From the NCBI GenBank assembly GCA_027491395.1, contig JAOZFI010000039.1:1-64000 (forward strand): 64,000 bases of DNA, read 5' to 3'. Below, one piece after another: positions 57,612-64,000 of this stretch. The stretch is from Thermoproteota archaeon. GTDB lineage: Archaea; Korarchaeota; Korarchaeia; Korarchaeales; Korarchaeaceae. A program made the translations under genes and the position numbers. Under the pieces are notes generated by a model. That model was not told the origin of the DNA. It saw nothing but the letters and a program-made list of their open reading frames with translations, and ran no database searches. The first letter of the stretch is position 1. Every line of letters begins with the position of its first letter.

Positions 57612-58766
57612 GTGGTGGATACGGAACTGCGGCGGAGAGAGGTCTACAAAGCGATTATCTTGTTTGGACTCGTGAGCCTAGTGGGGGATGTGATCTATGA
57701 AGGGGCTAGGGCGGTAGCCCCATCCTATTTGGGAGCTTTAGGTGCTACCGCCCTAGTGGTGGGACTGGTCTTCGGCGTCTCCGAGTTCGTTGGACTGTCC
57801 CTGAGGCTTGTCAGTGGTGTGTTGGCCGACATCACGGGCGCTTACTGGGCCCTCTATCTACTAGGCTACGGCCTGATAGTGTCGATACCCCTCCTCGGCC
57901 TGACCAACCTGTGGCCCGTGGCCGTGGCCCTGATCTTCGCTGAAAGGGTCGCTAAGGGACTCAGATCTCCAGCGAGGGATGTCCTAATCTCTGCAGTGTC
58001 CAAGGGTGTTGGCGCCGGGAAGGCGTTCGGCTTGCACGAACTCATGGATCAGGTAGGTGCCATCGCTGGACCGGCGCTGCTGGGCACGATTTTATTCCTC
58101 CGACCCAACGACTACTCCTCGGCCTTCCTCTCGCTCCTGATCCCTTATCTCGTCCTGTTAACCTCGATCCTCTACATCTACTACAGGTTCAGGGCCGTGA
58201 TCCCCTCGGGGAGGAGGACCAAGTTCAGCCTATCTGACCTCCCGACTAACTTCTGGATATACACGCTGGCGGTCTTCCTGAACACGGCCGGTCTGATTCA
58301 TGTCTCTCTAATTGTGCTTACCTCCAGCGAGGCCTTTTCCCCTTGGATGGCCGCCTACCTCTATGTACTCATGCAGGCGGTGGATGCGATCTCCGCTCCG
58401 CTGGCGGGTCTCGCCTACGACAGGATGGGGAGGAAGGTGCTGTACCTGCCGTTCCTGCTCTCCCCGATACCATCCATAGCCACCCTGATGGGAGGAAGCA
58501 ACGTGATCTTGGCGGTGATCTTCTTCGGAGTGATATACGGGATGCAGGAGTCCATCTACAGAGCAGCAGTATCAGATCTAGTCTCAATGGAGGTGAGAGG
58601 AACGGCTTACGGTATGTTCAACACAGCCTACGGTCTCGGTTTTCTGGTGAGCGGCTCACTCTTCGGGTACTTCCTCTACACCGGGGATGTGCTCTCGGGT
58701 ACACTTTTCTCCGTTGCCGCGCAGATTGTAGCGGTAATCGCCCTCTACAGGTCTCTACTCGATTGA
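57612..58766 (+). CDS. MFS transporter
   Basis: About 12 TMs, SGVLAD, ERVAKGLRSPARD, GKAFGLHE, RGTAYG. Confidence 0.9.
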   Translation: MVDTELRRREVYKAIILFGLVSLVGDVIYEGARAVAPSYLGALGATALVVGLVFGVSEFVGLSLRLVSGVLADITGAYWALYLLGYGLIVSIPLLGLTNLWPVAVALIFAERVAKGLRSPARDVLISAVSKGVGAGKAFGLHELMDQVGAIAGPALLGTILFLRPNDYSSAFLSLLIPYLVLLTSILYIYYRFRAVIPSGRRTKFSLSDLPTNFWIYTLAVFLNTAGLIHVSLIVLTSSEAFSPWMAAYLYVLMQAVDAISAPLAGLAYDRMGRKVLYLPFLLSPIPSIATLMGGSNVILAVIFFGVIYGMQESIYRAAVSDLVSMEVRGTAYGMFNTAYGLGFLVSGSLFGYFLYTGDVLSGTLFSVAAQIVAVIALYRSLLD

Positions 58767-59657
58767 GATCCCCACCCCCTCTAATACCTCTCTTATCTTT
58801 GCCCTAACCTCGGCGGATTCTACCATGAGAGGGGGCCTGCACACCTCCTTCACCGGAGCTCCTAGTATCGACAGGGCAGTCTTTATCGCGGTCGGGAACG
58901 AGGATGCGAAGTCATATATCCTAGCAAGACTCGCGAGCTTTCTGAACCCTTCCACGGCGCCTTTGAGATCTCCTGAGAGCCACGACCGGTGTATCGACAG
59001 GTGGATCTCGGGGGCAACGTTGGCTAGGGCCATGATCCCGCCGTCCCCTCCTAGAGCTAGGGTGTTGAGCAAGTGGTCATCCATCCCGGTCATCACCGAG
59101 AAGTCCGGCCTGACGGATTTTACCCTGACCACGAGATTTCGCATGTATGAGACGCTGTCCTTTGTCACCTTCGCGCCTACCACGTTGGGGAACTCCTCAG
59201 CAAGCCTGACGTAGACGCTCACTGGGATGTCGTTCCCAGTTAGGGACGGTATGTTGTATATGATGAGCGGTAGATCCAAGGAGTTGGCTATCCTGCTGAA
59301 GTGGTGAAGAAGCCAGTCCTCCTTAAGCTTGAAGAAGTAAGGGGGCATCACCACGGCACCGTCTGCTCCTAGATCTTTCATCTCCCTACCGAGCGAAATG
59401 GCCTCCTCTGTATAATTTGAGCTTATTCCAGGAAGTATCTTGGGTCCCTCAACAGCATCCAGACTTATCTTCACTATGTCGAGCATCTCGTCCCTTCTCA
59501 GGTGAACGAATTCCCCTGTAGTCGAGTTGACGAAGATGCCGTCAACTCCTTTCTCACTTAGGAATGAAACGAGCCATCTCAGGGCCTCTTCATCGATGGA
59601 AAGGTCCTCATTGAAGGGGGTTATCATCGGAACTATTACTCCGGAAAATCCCTTCAT
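58755..59657 (-). CDS. DapA/NanA/KDG-aldolase family protein
   Basis: ITPF, NSTTGEF, PPYF, IIYNIP, Schiff-base GAKVT, GGDGGI. Confidence 0.9.
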   Translation of the reverse strand: MKGFSGVIVPMITPFNEDLSIDEEALRWLVSFLSEKGVDGIFVNSTTGEFVHLRRDEMLDIVKISLDAVEGPKILPGISSNYTEEAISLGREMKDLGADGAVVMPPYFFKLKEDWLLHHFSRIANSLDLPLIIYNIPSLTGNDIPVSVYVRLAEEFPNVVGAKVTKDSVSYMRNLVVRVKSVRPDFSVMTGMDDHLLNTLALGGDGGIMALANVAPEIHLSIHRSWLSGDLKGAVEGFRKLASLARIYDFASSFPTAIKTALSILGAPVKEVCRPPLMVESAEVRAKIREVLEGVGISIE

Positions 59658-59689
59658 ATGAATGAGAGGGGGAGGAGATCATATAATCC

Positions 59690-59890
59690 CTAGGTGGTGA
59701 GGGACCTCTGCAGTCCCTGAACGTACTTGGCAAGGAGGTAGGCCATGGCCAAGTTAGTGGTGGCCATGAGTATGCCGACCCCTCCGTCGAATCCCATCAG
59801 GGTCAGCACCAGCCCTACATGGTAGGCGAGGGCGTTGCCCACCATCAATCCGAAGGTCCTCAAGGCCACCACCCCAGATCCCTCCATCAA
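59690..59890 (-). CDS. Small hypothetical 2-TM protein
   Basis: Hydrophobic ORF filling the gap, TTTATAA just upstream; start uncertain. Confidence 0.45.
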   Translation of the reverse strand: MMEGSGVVALRTFGLMVGNALAYHVGLVLTLMGFDGGVGILMATTNLAMAYLLAKYVQGLQRSLTT

Positions 59891-60065
59891 CGTTATAAAT
59901 GCAAATCGCTTGATATCGTTTCATAACGTTTCAATAGGATCGTAAGGACCCTTCCAACTATTTCAGTTCGGTAGGAGGGAGAACTATGGGTAATTCCATG
60001 GGAGAAGATCATTTGGTGGAAGGTGAAGACTTTTGAGATCAGGGAGTAAGGTAACTGGAGTTAAC

Positions 60066-61154
60066 ATGAGAGTGTATTTGGACAACGAACTCTCACCTAG
60101 GCCCCCGGACGAGGTCGTAGAGTCCCTCATCCCCTTCTTCAATAAGAAGGCCTACGGATCCCCAAAGGTACCACATGAACCCGGTCTGGAGGCTTATCAG
60201 TTCATCCAAGAGGTGCTGGAGTACCTGAGCTCCCTGCTAGACTCCGATGGCGATTTCACGATTGTAGGGAGCGGGACAGAAGCCAATAATCTAGCCTTGA
60301 GGGGCATCATCAGGTTCCTCAGTAAGAGGGGTAATCTGGTGACTAGTTCGGTTGAGCACAGGAGCGTGCTCGGTCCCCTAGAGGACCTATCCCAAATACT
60401 TGAGGTGAGGATGGCTCCAGTCGATGAGGACGGTCATGTAAGGGTTGAGGAGCTCGAGAGGCTAATTGATAGAGAGACAATTCTGGTCAGCGTCCAGATG
60501 GTGAATCAGGAGACTGGAGCGATCCACGATCTGGATGCGATCTCTGACATAACTAGGGATAAAGGAGTTTTCCTGCACGTGGATGCCTGCGATGCCTTGG
60601 GGAGACTGCACATAGATCTATCCAAGGTGGACCTCCTCTCCTTAAGTGGAAGCAAGATCTACGGCCCCAGAGGAGTCGGTCTCCTTTACGTCAGGGAGGA
60701 CTTGGATCTGGAGCCTATAATGTCGGGAAGCACTGGGATACAACTGCTAACTCCTGTCGATGTAAATATACCTGCTTTGGCGGGTTTCTACAAGGCCTTA
60801 CAGCTGTTCGGATCCCCCGAAAAATGGGGGGAGGTGAAGAGGATGAGGGACAGGATATCTAGGGAGCTGGAGGGTACAGGTGTGGTAATGAATAGTCCAC
60901 CGGACTCGATTGACACTATTAACTTTTCAGTGAGGGAGGGAGCCGGAGCCCTCATACTAGAGGCGAGTACACGCGGACTCTACCTGTCTCAGGGCACCTC
61001 CGAGCCAGTGAGCTACGTGCTCACCGCCATGGGGAGGGCTAGGAAGCTAGCCGCTAACGGCCTCGTGTTAAAGCTTCATCCATATATGAGGTGGGAGGAG
61101 GTCGAATTCACGATTGAAGTATTGAGCGACTTGCTGGGTGAGAAGAAAGCGTGA
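60066..61154 (+). CDS. Class V aminotransferase, IscS/NifS-like, degenerate
   Basis: YLDN, SGTEANN, VEHRSV, NQETG, HVDA, SGSKIYGPRGVG, SYVLTAMG; no SSGSAC loop. Confidence 0.85.
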   Translation: MRVYLDNELSPRPPDEVVESLIPFFNKKAYGSPKVPHEPGLEAYQFIQEVLEYLSSLLDSDGDFTIVGSGTEANNLALRGIIRFLSKRGNLVTSSVEHRSVLGPLEDLSQILEVRMAPVDEDGHVRVEELERLIDRETILVSVQMVNQETGAIHDLDAISDITRDKGVFLHVDACDALGRLHIDLSKVDLLSLSGSKIYGPRGVGLLYVREDLDLEPIMSGSTGIQLLTPVDVNIPALAGFYKALQLFGSPEKWGEVKRMRDRISRELEGTGVVMNSPPDSIDTINFSVREGAGALILEASTRGLYLSQGTSEPVSYVLTAMGRARKLAANGLVLKLHPYMRWEEVEFTIEVLSDLLGEKKA

Positions 61155-61227
61155 AGAGGACGAGTTCTCACGGATCATTTCACATATGAAAAAAGGAAAC
61201 TATTTCAAATATACTTTGAACTGAACC

Positions 61228-62622
61228 ATGGTGCCCCATATGTCCGAGCACAAGCCGACTGTTGAGGAGCTTCTTAAGAAGGCTGAAAAGCCTTCCAAGC
61301 TAGCCCTTGCATATCACCCATTTTATGAGGGCAAGGTCCAGGTCATGCCCAAATGTGTCGTCAGGGATGTGGACGACTTTGCCATATGGTATACGCCCGG
61401 AGTTGCAGCCTCGTGCAAGGTGATAAAGGAGGATCCCGAGCAGTCCTTCTACCATACCAACAGGTGGAATTACGTTGCCGTCGTGAGCGACGGCACCAGA
61501 GTTCTGGGCCTCGGCAATATAGGTCCGGAAGCAGGTCTACCCGTGATGGAGGGTAAGGCCCTCCTGTTCAAGTATCTAGGGGGCGTTGATGCCTTTCCAC
61601 TGGTTGTTAGGGCTCACAAGCCAGATGAGATGCTCAAACTCTTGGAATGGATCGAGCCCAACTTTGGTGGGATCAATTTGGAGGATATAGAGAAGCCGAA
61701 ATGCTATTACGTGCTGGAAGAAGCTAGAAAAAGGTTGGAAATTCCCGTATGGCACGATGATCAGCAGGGCACAGCAACTGTAGTCTATGCGGGTCTAAAG
61801 AATGCATTTAAACTAGTTGGTAAGGATATGAAGCAATCTAAAATAGTATTCTATGGAGCGGGGGCTGCTAACCTGAGAAGTGCAATAGTCTTGATAAAGG
61901 CAGGCGTTCCACCTAAGAACATAGTAATGATAGACAGCAAAGGGCCTCTCTACAGGGATAGACCAGACATGGAGAGTATAAAGGAGAAAGATCCATGGAA
62001 ATACGATCTGACCATGAAGACCAACGGAGAAAACGCGAAAACCATAGAAGAGGCATTCAAGGGAGCTGATGCCTTGGTAGCCATGAGCAAGCCTGGGCCG
62101 GGAGTGGTTAAGAAGGAATGGATAAAGTTGATGAATGACGATCCCATAGTATTCGCTTGTGCGAATCCAATACCTGAGATATGGCCATGGGAGGCCAAGG
62201 AGGCCGGAGCTAAGATAGTAGCTACGGGCAGGAGCGACTTCCCGAATCAAGTGAACAATAGCCTCGGATTCCCCGCCATATTCAGAGGGGTCCTAGATGT
62301 CAGAGCTAAAACTATAACAGACGAGATGTGCATAGCCGCTGGAGATGCTTTAGCCAAGTTCGCTGAGGAAAAGGGGATACATGAAGACTATATAATCCCA
62401 ACCATGGACGAGTGGGAGGTCTACCCAATCGAGGCCGTTGCTGCAGCTGAGCAGTCCATCAAACAAGGAGTTGCTAGGAAGATCCTCAGCAGGAACGAGC
62501 TCTACGAGAGGGCGGTGAATATAATCAAGAATGCCAGAGAAGCAACTAAGCTTCTCATGGAGAAGGGCCTGATACCCTCACCGCCTCCCGAGGAGGAGGT
62601 CTTGGAGAGCTACGGCCCGTAA
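61228..62622 (+). CDS. NAD(P)-dependent malic enzyme
   Basis: [62 protein letters not shown]. Confidence 0.95.
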   Translation: MVPHMSEHKPTVEELLKKAEKPSKLALAYHPFYEGKVQVMPKCVVRDVDDFAIWYTPGVAASCKVIKEDPEQSFYHTNRWNYVAVVSDGTRVLGLGNIGPEAGLPVMEGKALLFKYLGGVDAFPLVVRAHKPDEMLKLLEWIEPNFGGINLEDIEKPKCYYVLEEARKRLEIPVWHDDQQGTATVVYAGLKNAFKLVGKDMKQSKIVFYGAGAANLRSAIVLIKAGVPPKNIVMIDSKGPLYRDRPDMESIKEKDPWKYDLTMKTNGENAKTIEEAFKGADALVAMSKPGPGVVKKEWIKLMNDDPIVFACANPIPEIWPWEAKEAGAKIVATGRSDFPNQVNNSLGFPAIFRGVLDVRAKTITDEMCIAAGDALAKFAEEKGIHEDYIIPTMDEWEVYPIEAVAAAEQSIKQGVARKILSRNELYERAVNIIKNAREATKLLMEKGLIPSPPPEEEVLESYGP

Positions 62623-62712
62623 TTTCTCTCCTATTTTTCGAGCCCTCTTACTCCGGGGAGCCCCGCCAGCTGCATACAGTTCACTTTTTAACGCTGGGTG
62701 TCCTCCTAGCTT

Positions 62713-64000
62713 ATGCGGCTAAGCTTCGCAGCATTACTGACACTCTTGCTCGCATCACAAGCCCTCCCAATCCAAGCATCCCCGCAGGGTCTTAAGATCC
62801 TAATAATAGCCAACGAGTTCGATTCCAAGGCCGCAGATGTATTGAAGGCGGCCCTCTTGGAGCTTGGCATGAAAGTGGAGAGGTCCACTAAGCCTTCTGA
62901 TGGTTACGAGCTCTATTTCGTCCTAGGTGGGCCGCTTGCTAAGGATGTGGGACACCTCTCTAGGAAGCTGCTACCTCGAGAGGAGTCACAAGCTCTCATG
63001 AATGTTAGGGGGTACTGGACTTTTGTCCTCTCTTCCATTGATGGGAGGGACGCTCTGGTCATCGCGGGTCACACTAGAAAGGAGACCCTACAAGCCGTCA
63101 AGTCCCTCCTAGACAAAGGGATTGTGGACTTCGTGGTTGATAGGGAGGTGAGGATAGCACCCCCTCTCTCTGAAAAAGAGATGAGGAATACTACCTCGCT
63201 TCACTTCAAGTGGAGGTTCCCCCCCAAGGTGGGCAAGGACTACGAGTTCTCTCTAGATGTTCCCTTACCTCTAATAGATTTCTTTAAGGTCAAACCGAGG
63301 ATGAAAGTGGTCGAGTTCAATGAGAGCAAAGAGACCCTGATATTCACGTGGTACCTGATGGTCAGGACGCCCCACGACGATCCTTACATCTCCAAACTAG
63401 TAGAAAAGCTCGAATCCATTGCAGAGAGCGAGGGAATGGACGAGTATAGGAAGCTCTGGTTCGTCGCCTCCTTCGTCCAGAGCCTGAAGTACTCGTTAGC
63501 AAACGAGTTCTCCCCCACCGGGGATTACCCCAGCTACCCGTTAGAGACCCTTTACAGGGGTAACGGCGATTGCGAGGACCTATCAATACTCCTCATATCC
63601 CTCTACGAGCAAATGGGCTACAAGTCAGCCCTTCTGATAATGCCCACCCACGCTGCGGCCGCTGTATCCATGAATCCTGAACTGGTGAGGTGGCCTCGTG
63701 TCAGGGCTGATGTGATAGACTTTGAGGGGACACCAGTTGTTCTCGTTGATCTTCTAGATCTCCAGAGAAAATTGGAGGAGGGACCAGCTTCCTTGGAATT
63801 CGAACTAGGTGGGACGAGCTACTTCTACGTGGAGACCACTAACTTCTTCATGCCAGGCGAGATTCCTGATCTGACGTGGCTGGCCGATCAAATAGGCTGG
63901 TACTACAGGGAATTCCCCCTCTTCGTCGTGAGCACGGAGGGAGTCTCCGTTCCACTCATAGCCAACTACATCATAGCCACTAGGAGGATAGGAGACGGGT
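62713..64000 (+). CDS. Secreted protein with S-layer-like domain and transglutaminase-like domain, 3' end outside window
   Basis: Manual translation: MRLSFAALLTLLLASQA signal peptide, VLGGPLA...VIAGHTRKET, then SFVQSLKY...YPLETLYRGNGDCEDLSILL...THAA...YVETT. Confidence 0.8.
   Translation, partial: MRLSFAALLTLLLASQALPIQASPQGLKILIIANEFDSKAADVLKAALLELGMKVERSTKPSDGYELYFVLGGPLAKDVGHLSRKLLPREESQALMNVRGYWTFVLSSIDGRDALVIAGHTRKETLQAVKSLLDKGIVDFVVDREVRIAPPLSEKEMRNTTSLHFKWRFPPKVGKDYEFSLDVPLPLIDFFKVKPRMKVVEFNESKETLIFTWYLMVRTPHDDPYISKLVEKLESIAESEGMDEYRKLWFVASFVQSLKYSLANEFSPTGDYPSYPLETLYRGNGDCEDLSILLISLYEQMGYKSALLIMPTHAAAAVSMNPELVRWPRVRADVIDFEGTPVVLVDLLDLQRKLEEGPASLEFELGGTSYFYVETTNFFMPGEIPDLTWLADQIGWYYREFPLFVVSTEGVSVPLIANYIIATRRIGDG

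Noticed and set aside
58755-59657. Calling the DapA-like gene dapA of lysine biosynthesis
   Set aside because: NSTTGE and GAKVT variants and the absence of dapB/asd neighbours fit an aldolase-like paralogue equally well
1-64000. CRISPR arrays, rRNA, tRNA, IS elements, inteins
   Set aside because: No regularly spaced repeats, RNA-gene signatures, transposase ORFs or intein-sized insertions seen by eye; all large gaps were read

Overview
64 kb of a thermophilic archaeal chromosome. The evidence is GAGGTGA-type RBSs, TATA boxes, pyrimidine/T-tract terminators, heavy AGG/ATA codon use, a tungsten AOR and S-layer-type domains; a Korarchaeota-like peptide fermenter is a guess, not shown. The window is dense with housekeeping and nutrient-uptake genes. 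It holds UbiD/UbiA, four ABC importers (NitT/TauT-like, two Dpp/Opp, one Liv), PMM/PGM, AOR, NfeD-stomatin and amino-acid enzymes (class III aminotransferase, LysA, dipeptide epimerase, KamA-like, cysteine synthase, DapA-like, IscS-like). It also holds cysS/serS/thrS, a GlcD/GlcF-like pair, malic enzyme, several surface proteins, one intact vapBC and two decayed MNT-HEPN toxin-antitoxin loci. I saw no rRNA, tRNA, CRISPR array or transposase. Best leads: (1) a strongly conserved N-terminal anchor module shared by three solute-binding proteins of two folds; (2) a long, alternately foldable, RBS-sequestering leader on a bacterial-type thrS; (3) a possible peptidoglycan-peptide scavenging neighbourhood; (4) an IscS homologue without its catalytic Cys loop; (5) a circularly permuted GlcF-like protein; (6) an unannotated 50-aa membrane ORF. 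All calls are by-eye motif recognition; no searches were run.
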